NCBI RefSeq assembly: GCF_006345805.1
Contig: NW_021828882.1
Location: forward strand, 1-7,515
Direction: 5' to 3'
Source: Octopus sinensis
Taxonomy: Eukaryota
DNA: 7,515 nt
Below the pieces are notes generated by a model, which saw only the letters and a list, made by a program, of their open reading frames with translations, was not told the DNA's origin and did no database searches. Shown piece after piece: positions 7,120-7,515 of the stretch; positions within the stretch are counted from its first letter, which is position 1, and every line of letters begins with the position of its first letter. The position numbers and the translations under genes were made by a program.

Positions 7120-7515
7120 TTATATACCAAATTAAAGCTACAGATCGCAAAATTTTCATCAAAGGAAAAGCTACTCAAGAATGATGAGAACACCGCATTA
7201 TAACATGCAATTCATTTGTAGAAATCATGTGAAAGAAAAACCGAGTGTCTAGAAATGGTTGGAATAAAGGTAAGAATTGACTAAACTGCATTGAGAGGAG
7301 AAACATTTAAGTCAGTAATTGTTGGAGAAAGGGACACGTCCAGCGATATAGAATGGACTGTCTAATTAATACAGAACTACAATTAAACAAAGACACGTTA
7401 CATTTAGTGCTTGGTGAAGACCCTATCAGTAAATTTCACTGTGGATAGAAATACTTAACGATGTCCATACACATATATACATCTCTTTGTTGCTCTTTTT
7501 TTCTCTCTATATCTA

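Overview
AT-rich eukaryotic non-coding (intergenic or intronic) DNA made largely of retroposon remnants. I can support no intact protein-coding gene, and the supplied ORFs look spurious. The repeats resemble those I recall from Octopus genomes; that is recall, not a database result. Three tRNA-related SINE families are present, under my own arbitrary labels. Family 1: near-full copies at 4804-5224 (+) and 5844-6263 (-), a 3' fragment at 6995-7119 (-) and an old head at 1421-1525 (+). Family 2: 715-942 (-), 1581-1728 (+) and 2047-2180 (+). Family 3: 2391-2778 (+). Three decayed LINE fragments are also present: two R4/Dong-like 3' ends (1-163 and 4206-4749, both +) and an RTE-clade RT C-terminus (about 6290-6760, -). 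The most notable structure is an approximately 95% identical inverted pair of family 1 SINEs about 620 bp apart, whose unique spacer holds a pre-miRNA-sized hairpin (5419-5496). I cannot demonstrate a new biological system here; the findings are testable leads.
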